Positions 26,495-38,431 of a stretch of 64,000 bases of DNA are shown piece after piece. Position 1 is the first letter of the stretch; every line of letters begins with the position of its first letter. A program made the translations under genes and the position numbers. The notes below the pieces were generated by a model. The model was not told the DNA's origin. It was given only the letters and a program-made list of their open reading frames with translations, and searched no databases. Source of the DNA: Utricularia gibba (Eukaryota; Plantae; Magnoliophyta). The stretch covers positions 1,397-65,396 of the forward strand of contig NEEC01000199.1 of assembly GCA_002189035.1 (NCBI GenBank), written 5' to 3'.

Positions 26495-26735
26495 GAGGAT
26501 GCATCAGAGCTCGAATTATCAAAACATCTGCGTTTTATTGGGTGACGTGAAGTATGGGTTTTCGAGGCGATCTCTGAACAAGCTCTGGGTGTGTTCCTAC
26601 CCGCAGCCTCATGGTGGCCTCGCACACCGTTCGGCATTCGTCGATATCTTGAAATCAAGATGAGTCACGCTGCGCCCGGCATACCGTTTCGAAGCCCTTT
26701 CCGTGCCGTCAGCTTCCGTGTTGAAAGCTTCTTTC
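26495..26735. repeat. Truncated monomer (241 bp) with a 100-bp internal deletion at the domain 1/2 boundary
   Basis: Reads ...GAGCTCGAATTATC|AAAACATCTG... at 26520/26521, joining monomer position 26 to position 127. Confidence 0.88.
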
Positions 26736-29700
26736 GAGGATGCATCAGAGCTCGAATTATCGCCTTATCTTAGCCTTCAGATGTGCCACAAATTGGCCAC
26801 CACGTTCGCGACGATGCGACTCGGAACACGAGAATCGACGCGATTGTGATTTTCGCTTGCAAAACATCTGCGTTTTATTGGGTGACGTGAAGTATGGTTT
26901 TCGAGGCGATCTCTGAACAAGCTCTAGGTGTGTTCCTACCCGCAGCCTCATGGTGGCCTCGCACACCGTTCGGCATCTCGTCGATATCTTGAAGATCAAG
27001 ATGAGTCACGCTGCGCCCGGCATACCGTTTCGAACCCCTTTCCGAGCCGGTCATCTTCCGTGTTGAAAGCTTCTTCGTCCGAGGATGCATCAGAGCTCGA
27101 ATTATCGCCTTATATTAGCCTTCAGATGTGCCACAAATTGGCCACCACGTTCGCGACGATGCGACTCGGAACACGAGAATCGACGCGATTGTGATTTTCG
27201 GCTTGCAAAACATCTGCGTTTTATTGGATGACGTGAAGTATGGGTTTTCGAGGCGATCTCTGAACAAGCTCTGGGTGTGTCCCTACCCGCAGCCTCATGG
27301 TGGCCTCGCACACCGTTCGGCATCTCGTCGATATATCTTGAAGATCGTGATGAGTCACGCTGCGCCCGGCATACCGTTTCGAACCCTTTCCGTGCCGGTC
27401 AGCTTCCGTGTTGAAAGCATCTTCGTCCGAGGATGCATCAGAGCTCGAATTATCGCCTTATATTAGCCTTCAGATGTGCCACAAATTGGCCACCACGTTC
27501 GCGACGATGCGACTCGGAACACGAGAATCGACGCGATTGTGATTTTCGCTTGCAAAACATCTGTTTTATTGGGTGACGTGAAGTATGGGTTTTCGAGGCG
27601 ATCTCTGAACAAGCTCTGGGTGTGTCCTACCCGCAGCCTCATGGTGGCCTCGCACACCGTTCGGCATCTCGTCGATATCTTGAAGATCAAGATGAGTCAC
27701 GCTGCGCCCGGCATACCGTTTCGAAGCCCGTTCCGAGCCGGTCAGCTTCCGTGTTGAAAGCTTCTTCGTCCGAGGATGCATCAGAGCTCGAATTATCGCC
27801 TTATATTAGCCTTCAGATGTGCCACAAAATTGGCCACCACGTTCGCGACGATGCGACTCGGAACACGAGAATCGACGCGATTGTGATTTTCGCTTGCAAA
27901 ACATCTGCGTTTTATTGGGTGACGTGAAGTATGGGTTTTCGAGGCGATCTCTGAACAAGCTCTAGGTGTGTTCCTACCCGCAGCCTCATGGTGGCCTCGC
28001 ACACCGTTCGGCATTCGTCGATATCTGAAGATCTGATGAGTCACGCTGCGCCCGGCATACCGTTTCGAAGCCCGTTCCGTGCCGGTCAGCTTCCGTGTTG
28101 AAAGCTTCTTCGTCCGAGGATGCATCAGAGCTCGAATTATCGCCTTATCTTAGCCTTCAGATGTGCCACAAATTGGCCACCACGTTCGCGACGATGCGAC
28201 TCGGAACACGAGAATCGACGCGATTGTGATTTTCGGCTTGCAAAACATCTGCGTTTTATTGGGTGACGTGAAGTATGGGTTTTCGAGGCGATCTCTGAAC
28301 AAGCTCTAGGTGTGTCCCTACCCGCAGCCTCATGGTGGCCTCGCACACCGTTCGGCATCTCGTCGATATCTTGAAGATCAAGATGAGTCACGCTGCGCCC
28401 GGCATACCGTTTCGAAGCCCGTTCCGTGCCGGTCAGCTTCCGTGTTGAAAGCTTCTTCGTCCGAGGATGCATCAGAGCTCGAATTATCGCCTTATATTAG
28501 CCTTCAGATGTGCCACAAATTGGCCACCACGTTCGCGACGATGCGACTCGGAACACATCGATCGACGCGATTGTGATTTTCGCCTTGCAAAACATCTGCG
28601 TTTTATTGGGTGACGTGAAGTATGGGTTTTCGAGGCGATCTCTGAACAAGCTCTGGGTGTGTCCCTACCCGCAGCCTCATGGTGGCCTCGCACACCGTTC
28701 GGCATTTCGTCGATATCTTGAAATGATGAGTCACGCTGCGCCCGGCATACCGTTTCGAAGCCCTTTCCGTGCCGGTCAGCTTCCGTGTTGAAAGCTTCTT
28801 CGTCCGAGGATGCATCAGAGCTCGAATTATCGCCTTATCTTAGCCTTCAGATGTGCCACAAATTGGCCACCACGTTCGCGACGATGCGACTCGGAACACG
28901 AGAATCGACGCGATTGTGATTTTCGGCTTGCAAAACATCTGCGTTTTATTGGGATGACGTGAAGTATGGGTTTTCGAGGCGATCTCTGAACAAGCTCTGG
29001 GTGTGTCCCTACCCGCAGCCTCATGGTGGCCTCGCACACCGTTCGGTATTCGGCGATATCTGAAATCGTGATGAGTCACGCTGCGCCCGGCATACCGTTT
29101 CGAACCCCTTTCCGTGCCGGTCAGCTTCCGTGTTGAAAGCTTCTTCGTCCGAGGATGCATCAGAGCTCGAATTATCGCCTTATCTTAGCCTTCAGATGTG
29201 CCACAAATTGGCCACCACGTTCGCGACGATGCGACTCGGAACACGAGAATCGACGCGATTGTGATTTTCGCCTTGCAAAACATCTGCGTTTTATTGGGTG
29301 ACGTGAAGTATGGGTTTTCGAGGCGATCTCTGAACAAGCTCTAGGTGTGTTCCCTACCCGCAGCCTCATGGTGGCCTCGCACACCGTTCGGCATCTCGTC
29401 ATATCTGAAGATCAAGATGAGTCACGCTGCGCCCGGCATACCGTTTCGAAGCCCTTTCCGTGCCGGTCAGCTTCCGTGTTGAAAGCTTCTTCGTCCGAGG
29501 ATGCATCAGAGCTCGAATTATCGCCTTATCTTAGCCTTCAGATGTGCCACAAATTGGCCACCACGTTCGCGACGATGCGACTCGGAACACGAGAATCGAC
29601 GCGATTGTGATTTTCGCTTGCAAAACATCTGCGTTTTATTGGGTGACGTGAAGTATGGGTTTTCGAGGCGATCTCTGAACAAGCTCTGGGTGTGTTCCTA

Positions 29701-32700
29701 CCCGCAGCCTCATGGTGGCCTCGCACACCGTTCGGTATTTCGGCGATATCCTGAAAACCGTGATGAGTCACGCTGCGCCCGGCATACGTTTCGAACCCCT
29801 TTCCGTGCCGGTCAGCTTCCGTGTTGAAAGCATCTTCGTCCGAGGATGCATCAGAGCTCGAATTATCGCCTTATATTAGCCTTCAGATGTGCCACAAATT
29901 GGCCACCACGTTCGCGACGATGCGACTCGGAACACGAGAATCGACGCGATTGTGATTTTCGGCTTGCAAAACATCTGCGTTTTATTGGGTGACGTGAAGT
30001 ATGGGTTTTCGAGGCGATCTCTGAACAAGCTCTGGGTGTGTCCCTACCCGCAGCCTCATGGTGGCCTCGCACACCGTTCGGCATCTCGTCGATATCTTGA
30101 AGATCGTGATGTCACGCTGCGCCCGGCATACCGTTTCGAACCCCGTTCCGTGCGGTCAGCTTCCGTGTTGAAAGCTTCTTCGTCCGAGGATGCATCAGAG
30201 CTCGAATTATCGCCTTATCTTAGCCTTCAGATGTGCCACAAATTGGCCACCACGTTCGCGACGATGCGACTCGGAACACGAGAATCGACGCGATTGTGAT
30301 TTTCGGCTTGCAAAACATCTGCGTTTTATTTGATGACGTGAAGTATGGGTTTTCGAGGCGATCTCTGAACAAGCTCTGGGTGTGTCCCTACCCGCAGCCT
30401 CATGGTGGCCTCGCACACCGTTCGGCATCTCGTCGATATCTTGAAGATCAAGATGAGTCACGCTGCGCCCGGCATACCGTTTCGAAGCCCTTTCCGTGCC
30501 GGTCAGCTTCCGTGTTGAAAGCTTCTTCGTCCGAGGATGCATCAGAGCTCGAATTATCGCCTTATCTTAGCCTTCAGATGTGCCACAAATTGGCCACCAC
30601 GTTCGCGACGATGCGACTCGGAACACGAGAATCGACGCGATTGTGATTTTCGGCTTGCAAAACATCTGCGTTTTATTGGGTGACGTGAAGTATGGGTTTT
30701 CGAGGCGATCTCTGAACAAGCTCTGGGTGTGTCCTACCCGCAGCCTCATGGTGGCCTCGCACACCGTTCGGCATCTCGTCGATATCTTGAAGATCAAGAT
30801 GAGTCACGCTGCGCCCGGCATACCGTTTCGAAGCCCGTTCCGAGCCGGTCAGCTTCCGTGTTGAAAGCTTCTTCGTCCGAGGATGCATCAGAGCTCGAAT
30901 TATCGCCTTATATTAGCCTTCAGATGTGCCACAAATTGGCCACCACGTTCGCGACGATGCGACTCGGAACACGAGAATCGACGCGATGTGATTTTCGCCT
31001 TGCAAAACATCTGCGTTTTATTGGTGACGTGAAGTATGGGTTTTCGAGGCGATCTCTGAACAAGCTCTGGGTGTGTCCTACCCGCAGCCTCATGGTGGCC
31101 TCGCACACCGTTCGGTATTTCGTCGATATCCTGAAAACCGTGATGAGTCACGCTGCGCCGGCATACCGTTTCGAACCCTTTCCGTGCCGGTCAGCTTCCG
31201 TGTTGAAAGCATCTTCGTCCGAGGATGCATCAGAGCTCGAATTATCGCCTTATATTAGCCTTCAGATGTGCCACAAATTGGCCACCACGTTCGCGACGAT
31301 GCGTTTCGGAACACGAGAATCGACGCGATTGTGATTTTCGGCTTGCAAAAGATCTGCGTTTTATTGGTGACGTGAAGTATGGGTTTTCGATGCGATCTCT
31401 GAACAAGCTCTGGGTGTGTCCCTACCCGCAGCCTCATGGTGGCCTCGCACACCGTTCGGCATTCGTCGATATCTTGAAGATCAGATGAGTCACGCTGCGC
31501 CCGGCATCCGTTTCGAAGCCCGTTCCGTGCCGGTCAGCTTCCGTGTTGAAAGCTTCTTCGTCCGAGGATGCATCAGAGCTCGAATTATCGCCTTATCTTA
31601 GCCTTCAGATGTGCCACAAATTGGCCACCACGTTCGCGACGATGCGACTCGGAACACGAGAATCGACGCGATTGTGATTTTCGGCTTGCAAAACATCTGC
31701 GTTTTATTGGGTGACGTGAAGTATGGGTTTTCGAGGCGATCTCTGAACAAGCTCTGGTGTGTTCCCTACCCGCAGCCTCATGGTGGCCTCGCACACCGTT
31801 CGGCATTCGTCGATATCTGAAGATCAAGATGAGTCACGCTGCGCCCGGCATACCGTTTCGAACCCGTTCCGAGCCGGTCAGCTTCCGTGTTGAAAGCTTC
31901 TTCGTCCGAGGATGCATCAGAGCTCGAATTATCGCCTTATCTTAGCCTTCAGATGTGCCACAAATTGGCCACCACGTTCGCGACGATGCGACTCGGAACA
32001 CGAGAATCGACGCGATTGTGATTTTCGGCTTGCAAAACATCTGCGTTTTATTTGGGTGACGAAGTATGGGTTTTCGAGGCGATCTCTGAACAAGCTCTGG
32101 GTGTGTCCCTACCCGCAGCCTCATGGTGGCCTCGCACACCGTTCGGCATCTCGTCGATATCTTGAAGATCTGATGAGTCACGCTGCGCCCGGCATACCGT
32201 TTCGAAGCCCGTTCCGAGCCGGTCAGCTTCCGTGTTGAAAGCTTCTTCGTCCGAGGATGCATCAGAGCTCGAATTATCGCCTTATATTAGCCTTCAGATG
32301 TGCCACAAATTGGCCACCACGTTCGCGACGATGCGACTCGGAACACGAGAATCGACGCGATTGTGATTTTCGCTTGCAAAACATCTGCGTTTTATTGGTG
32401 ACGTGAAGTATGGGTTTTCGAGGCGATCTCTGAACAAGCTCTGGTGTGTGTCCCTACCCGCAGCCTCATGGTGGCCTCGCACACCGTTCGGTATTTCGGC
32501 GATATCTGAAAACCGTGATGAGTCACGCTGCGCCGGCATACCGTTTCGAACCCCTTTCCGTGCCGGTCAGCTTCCGTGTTGAAAGCATCTTCGTCCGAGG
32601 ATGCATCAGAGCTCGAATTATCGCCTTATATTAGCCTTCAGATGTGCCACAAATTGGCCACCACGTTCGCGACGATGACGGAACACGAGAATCGACGCGA

Positions 32701-35700
32701 TTGTGATTTTCGGCTTGCAAAACATCTGCGTTTTATTGGTGACGTGAAGTATGGGTTTTCGAGGCGATCTCTGAACAAGCTCTGGGTGTGTCCTACCCGC
32801 AGCCTCATGGTGGCCTCGCACACCGTTCGGCATCTCGTCGATATCTTGAAGATCAAGATGAGTCACGCTGCGCCCGGCATACCGTTTCGAAGCCCGTTCC
32901 GTGCCGGTCAGCTTCCGTGTTGAAAGCTTCTTCGTCCGAGGATGCATCAGAGCTCGAATTATCGCCTTATATTAGCCTTCAGATGTGCCACAAATTGGCC
33001 ACCACGTTCGCGACGATGCGACTCGGAACACGAGAATCGACGCGATTGTGATTTTCGGCTTGCAAAAACATCTGTTTTTGGGTGACGTGAAGTATGGGTT
33101 TTCGAGGCGATCTCTGAACAAGCTCTGGGTGTGTCCCTACCCGCAGCCTCATGGTGGCCTCGCACACCGTTCGGCATCTCGTCGATATCTTGAAGATCAA
33201 GATGAGTCACGCTGCGCCCGGCATACCGTTTCGAAGCCCTTTCCGTGCCGGTCAGCTTCCGTGTTGAAAGCTTCTTCGTCCGAGGATGCATCAGAGCTCG
33301 AATTATCGCCTTATATTAGCCTTCAGATGTGCCACAAATTGGCCACCGTTCGCGACGATGCGACTCGGAACACGAGAATCGACGCGATTGTGATTTTCGG
33401 CTTGCAAAACATCTGCGTTTTATTGGGTGACGTGAAGTATGGGTTTTCGAGGCGATCTCTGAACAAGCTCTGGGTGTGTCCCTACCCGCAGCCTCATGGT
33501 GGCCTCGCACACCGTTCGGCATTCTCGTCGATATCTGAAATCAAGATGAGTCACGCTGCGCCGGCATACCGTTTCGAAGCCCTTTCCGTGCCGGTCAGCT
33601 TCCGTGTTGAAAGCTTCTTCGTCCGAGGATGCATCAGAGCTCGAATTATCGCCTTATATTAGCCTTCAGATGTGCCACAAATTGGCCACCACGTTCGCGA
33701 CGATGCGACTCGGAACACGAGAATCGACGCGATTGTGATTTTCGCCTTGCAAAACATCTGCGTTTTATTGGTGACGTGAAGTATGGGTTTTCGAGGCGAT
33801 CTCTGAACAAGCTCTAGGTGTGTTCCTACCCGCAGCCTCATGGTGGCCTCGCACACCGTTCGGCATTCGTCGATATCTTGAAGATCAAGATGAGTCACGC
33901 TGCGCCCGGCATACCGTTTCGAACCCTTTCCGTGCCGGTCAGCTTCCGTGTTGAAAGCATCTTCGTCCGAGGATGCATCAGAGCTCGAATTATCGCCTTA
34001 TATTAGCCTTCAGATGTGCCACAAATTGGCCACCACGTTCGCGACGATGCGACTCGGAACACGAGAATCGACGCGATTGTGATTTTCGCCTTGCAAAACA
34101 TCTGCGTTTTATTGGGTGACGTGAAGTATGGGTTGCGATCTCTGAACAAGCTCTGGGTGTGTCCTACCCGCAGCCTCATGGTGGCCTCGCACACCGTTCG
34201 GCATCTCGTCGATATCTTGAAGATCAGATGAGTCACGCTGCGCCCGGCATACCGTTTCGAAGCCCTTTCCGTGCCGGTCAGCTTCCGTGTTGAAAGCTTC
34301 TTCGTCCGAGGATGCATCAGAGCTCGAATTATCGCCTTATCTTAGCCTTCAGATGTGCCACAAATTGGCCACCACGTTCGCGACGATGCGACTCGGAACA
34401 CGAGAATCGACGCGATTGTGATTTTCGGCTTGCAAAACATCTGCGTTTTATTGGGTGACGTGAAGTATGGGTTTTCGAGGCGATCTCTGAACAAGCTCTG
34501 GGTGTGTCCCTACCCGCAGCCTCATGGTGGCCTCGCACACCGTTCGGCATCTCGTCGATATCTTGAAGATCAAGATGAGTCACGCTGCGCCCGGCATACC
34601 GTTTCGAACCCTTTCCGTGCCGGTCAGCTTCCGTGTTGAAAGCTTCTTCGTCCGAGGATGCATCAGAGCTCGAATTATCGCCTTATATTAGCCTTCAGAT
34701 GTGCCACAAATTGGCCACCACGTTCGCGACGATGCGACTCGGAACACGAGAATCGACGCGATTGTGATTTTCGGCTTGCAAAAGATCTGCGTTTTATTGG
34801 TGACGTGAAGTATGGGTTTTCGAGGCGATCTCTGAACAAGCTCTGGTGTGTCCCTACCCGCAGCCTCATGGTGGCCTCGCACACCGTTCGGTATTTCGGC
34901 ATATCCTGAAAAACCGTGATGAGTCACGCTGCGCCGGCATACCGTTTCGAACCCCTTTCCGTGCCGGTCAGCTTCCGTGTTGAAAGCATCTTCGTCCGAG
35001 GATGCATCAGAGCTCGAATTATCGCCTTATATTAGCCTTCAGATGTGCCACAAATTGGCCACCACGTTCGCGACGATGCGACTCGGAACACGAGAATCGA
35101 CGCGATTGTGATTTTCGGCTTGCAAAACATCTGCGTTTTATTGATGACGTGAAGTATGGGTTTTCGAGGCGATCTCTGAACAAGCTCTGGGTGTGTCCCT
35201 ACCCGCAGCCTCATGGTGGCCTCGCACACCGTTCGGTATTCGTCGATATCTTGAAGATCGTGATGAGTCACGCTGCGCCCGGCATACCGTTTCGAAGCCC
35301 TTTCCGTGCCGGTCAGCTTCCGTGTTGAAAGCTTCTTCGTCCGAGGATGCATCAGAGCTCGAATTATCGCCTTATATTAGCCTTCAGATGTGCCACAAAT
35401 TGGCCACCACGTTCGCGACGATGCGACTCGGAACACGAGAATCGACGCGATTGTGATTTTCGGCTTGCAAAACATCTGCGTTTTATTGGGTGACGTGAAG
35501 TATGGGTTTTCGAGGCGATCTCTGAACAAGCTCTAGGTGTGTTCCTACCCGCAGCCTCATGGTGGCCTCGCACACCGTTCGGCATCTCGTCGATATCTTG
35601 AAGATCAGATGAGTCACGCTGCGCCCGGCATACCGTTTCGAACCCCTTTCCGTGCCGGTCAGCTTCCGTGTTGAAAGCTTCTTCGTCCGAGGATGCATCA

Positions 35701-36710
35701 GAGCTCGAATTATCGCCTTATCTTAGCCTTCAGATGTGCCACAAATTGGCCACCACGTTCGCGACGATGCGACTCGGAACACGAGAATCGACGCGATTGT
35801 GATTTTCGGCTTGCAAAACATCTGTTTTATTGGTGACGTGAAGTATGGGTTTTCGAGGCGATCTCTGAACAAGCTCTGGGTGTGTCCCTACCCGCAGCCT
35901 CATGGTGGCCTCGCACACCGTTCGGCATCTCGTCGATATCTGAAGATCGTGATGAGTCACGCTGCGCCCGGCATACCGTTTCGAACCCCTTTCCGTGCCG
36001 GTCAGCTTCCGTGTTGAAAGCTTCTTCGTCCGAGGATGCATCAGAGCTCGAATTATCGCCTTATATTAGCCTTCAGATGTGCCACAAATTGGCCACCACG
36101 TTCGCGACGATGCGACTCGGAACACGAGAATCGACGCGATTGTGATTTTCGCCTTGCAAAACATCTGCGTTTTATTTTGACGTGAAGTATGGGTTTTCGA
36201 GGCGATCTCTGAACAAGCTCTGGGTGTGTCCTACCCGCAGCCTCATGGTGGCCTCGCACACCGTTCGGCATTTCGTCGATATCTTGAAAAGATGAGTCAC
36301 GCTGCGCCGGCATACCGTTTCGAACCCCTTTCCGTCCGGTCAGCTTCCGTGTTGAAAGCATCTTCGTCCGAGGATGCATCAGAGCTCGAATTATCGCCTT
36401 ATATTAGCCTTCAGATGTGCCACAAATTGGCCACCACGTTCGCGACGATGCGACTCGGAACACGAGAATCGACGCGATTGTGATTTTCGCCTTGCAAAAC
36501 ATCTGCGTTTTATTGGTGACGTGAAGTATGGGTTTTCGAGGCGATCTCTGAACAAGCTCTGGGTGTGTCCCTACCCGCAGCCTCATGGTGGCCTCGCACA
36601 CCGTTCGGCATTCTCGTCATATCTGAAGTCAAGATGAGTCACGCTGCGCCCGGCATACCGTTTCGAACCCTTTCCGGCCGTCAGCTTCCGTGTTGAAAGC
36701 TTCTTCGTCC
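26521..36710. repeat. Array domain 2: homogenised, mostly A-class monomers with sporadic AAAGCATC allele
   Basis: D/G/H diagnostic alleles and TATAGTAGCC are absent. TATATTAGCC/TATCTTAGCC, mosaic 3' ends (GAAGCCCTTTCCGTGCCGGTCAGC) and mostly AAAGCTTC. The right boundary is gradual. Confidence 0.72.
30186..30532 (+). repeat. Representative full-length 347-bp monomer (A-class)
   Basis: This unit is 347 bp and closely follows the consensus GAGGATGCATCAGAGCTCGAATTATCGCCTTATCTTAGCCTTCAGATGTGCCACAAATTGGCCACCACGTTCGCGACGATGCGACTCGGAACACGAGAATCGACGCGATTGTGATTTTCGGCTTGCAAAACATCTGCGTTTTATTGGGTGACGTGAAGTATGGGTTTTCGAGGCGATCTCTGAACAAGCTCTGGGTGTGTCCCTACCCGCAGCCTCATGGTGGCCTCGCACACCGTTCGGCATCTCGTCGATATCTTGAAGATCAAGATGAGTCACGCTGCGCCCGGCATACCGTTTCGAAGCCCTTTCCGTGCCGGTCAGCTTCCGTGTTGAAAGCTTCTTCGTCC (it reads TTTGATG where the consensus has TTGGGTG). 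Confidence 0.93.
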
Positions 36711-38431
36711 GAGGATGCATCAGAGCTCGAATTATCGCCTTATATTAGCCTTCAGATGTGCCACAAATTGGCCACCACGTTCGCGACGATGCGACTCGGA
36801 ACACGAGAATCGACGCGATTGTGATTTTCGGCTTGCAAAAGATCTGCGTTTTATTGGATGACGTGAAGTATGGGTTTTCGATGCGATCTCTGAACAAGCT
36901 CTGGGTGTGTCCCTACCCGCAGCCTCATGGTGGCCTCGCACACCGTTCGGTATTCGCGATATCCTGAAAACCGTGATGAGTCACGCTGCGCCGGCATACC
37001 GTTTCGAACCCCTTTCCGTGCCGGTCAGCTTCCGTGTTGAAAGCATCTTCGTCCGAGGATGCATCAGAGCTCGAATTATCGCCTTATATTAGCCTTCAGA
37101 TGTGCCACAAATTGGCCACCACGTTCGCGACGATGAGACTCGGAACACGAGAATCGACGCGATTGTGATTTTCGGCTTGCAAAAAGATCTGCGTTTTATT
37201 GGATGACGTGAAGTATGGGTTTTCGATGCGATCTCTGAACAAGCTCTGGGTGTGTCCCTACCCGCAGCCTCATGGTGGCCTCGCACACGTTCGGCATCTC
37301 GTCGATATCTTGAAGATCAAGATGAGTCACGCTGCGCCCGGCATACCGTTTCGAACCCCTTTCCGTGCCGGTCAGCTTCCGTGTTGAAAGCATCTTCGTC
37401 CGGGATGCATCAGAGCTCGAATTATCGCCTTATATTAGCCTTCAGATGTGCCACAAATTGGCCACCACGTTCGCGACGATGCGTTTCGGAACACGAGAAT
37501 CGACGCGATTGTGATTTTCGCTTGCAAAAGATCTGCGTTTTATTGGATGACGTGAAGTATGGGTTTTCGAGCGATCTCTGAACAAGCTCTGGGTGTGTCC
37601 CTACCCGCAGCCTCATGGTGGCCTCGCACACCGTTCGGTATTTCGGCGATATCTGAAAACCGTGATGAGTCACGCTGCGCCGGCATACCGTTTCGAACCC
37701 CTTTCCGTGCCGGTCAGCTTCCGTGTTGAAAGCATCTTCGTCCGAGGATGCATCAGAGCTCGAATTATCGCCTTATATTAGCCTTCAGATGTGCCACAAA
37801 TTGGCCACCACGTTCGCGACGATGCGACTCGGAACACGAGAATCGACGCGATTGTGATTTTCGCCTTGCAAAACATCTGCGTTTTATTGGGTGACGTGAA
37901 GTATGGGTTTTCGAGGCGATCTCTGAACAAGCTCTAGGTGTGTTCCTACCCGCAGCCTCATGGTGGCCTCGCACACCGTTCGGCATCTCGTCGATATCTT
38001 GAAGATCAAGATGAGTCACGCTGCGCCCGGCATACCGTTTCGAACCCGTTCCGTGCGGTCAGCTTCCGTGTTGAAAGCATCTTCGTCCGAGGATGCATCA
38101 GAGCTCGAATTATCGCCTTATATTAGCCTTCAGATGTGCCACAAATTGGCCACCACGTTCGCGACGATGCGACTCGGAACACGAGAATCGACGCGATTGT
38201 GATTTTCGCTTGCAAAATCTGCGTTTTATTGGGTGACGTGAAGTATGGGTTTTCGAGGCGATCTCTGAACAAGCTCTGGGTGTGTCCTACCCGCAGCCTC
38301 ATGGTGGCCTCGCACACCGTTCGGCATCTCGTCGATATCTTGAAGATCAAGATGAGTCACGCTGCGCCCGGCATACCGTTTCGAACCCCTTTCCGTGCCG
38401 GTCAGCTTCCGTGTTGAAAGCTTCTTCGTCC

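Larger units (their letters stand above)
1..26520. repeat. Array domain 1: variable-length HOR of five monomer types (E-F-G-H-D)
   Basis: Diagnostic alleles: D (CAAAGGATC, GGATGACGGGAAG, TCGATGCG, CATAGTGGCCTCGTACACC, CACACTGCGCTCGG, then TACGAGG/GAGCTTGAA); E (GATCAGTTTC, CTCTAAAC, CTACCTGCAG); F (GATGAGTTTCGG, GCCTTGCAC, TCCGTATTG); G (CGGAAAAC, AATCGACCG, CGGGTTGC, CCTCAAGG, GGCCATATC); H (CTCGTAACAC, GATATTC, GGGTGATGTG, CCCACAG). TATAGTAGCC and GGTCATCTTCC are common here and almost absent later. Confidence 0.85.

Noticed and set aside
30198-30208. GAGCTCGAATT matches the SacI/EcoRI part of pUC-type polylinkers
   Set aside because: It is an 11-bp chance match that is an integral part of nearly every monomer, lacks the final C of EcoRI and has no other vector sequence around it.
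30186-30215. Resemblance of GGATGCATCAGAGCTCGAATTA to the plant 5S rRNA segment GGATCCCATCAGAACTCCG(C/A)AGTTAAG
   Set aside because: The similarity is limited to ~25 nt with gaps and does not extend collinearly over a 120-nt gene, and Box A/Box C are not conserved. An Rfam RF00001 cmsearch hit would be needed to revive the idea of a 5S-derived unit.
30334-30460. bZIP-type motifs TGACGTG and TGAGTCA (AP-1/GCN4) in most monomers
   Set aside because: Seven-mers like these are expected by chance when many motifs are scanned, TGAGTCA is mutated to TGATTCA in F/H monomers, and there is no gene context.
30186-30532. CENP-B box (TTCG-N4-A-N2-CGGG)
   Set aside because: I checked each TTCG and CCCG in the consensus on both strands. 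The best case, TTCGTCCGAGGATGC, lacks the CGGG part, so centromeric identity cannot be claimed from this motif.
30186-30532. Palindromes (GATGCATC, GAGCTC, TGGCCA, TCGCGA, TTGCAA, GATATC, TTCGAA, AAGCTT) and a 7-bp hairpin ATCTTGA-AGA-TCAAGAT as non-B DNA signals
   Set aside because: About 8 six-bp palindromes per 347 bp against roughly 5 expected is not clearly enriched. The hairpin is short and present only in some A-class monomers.
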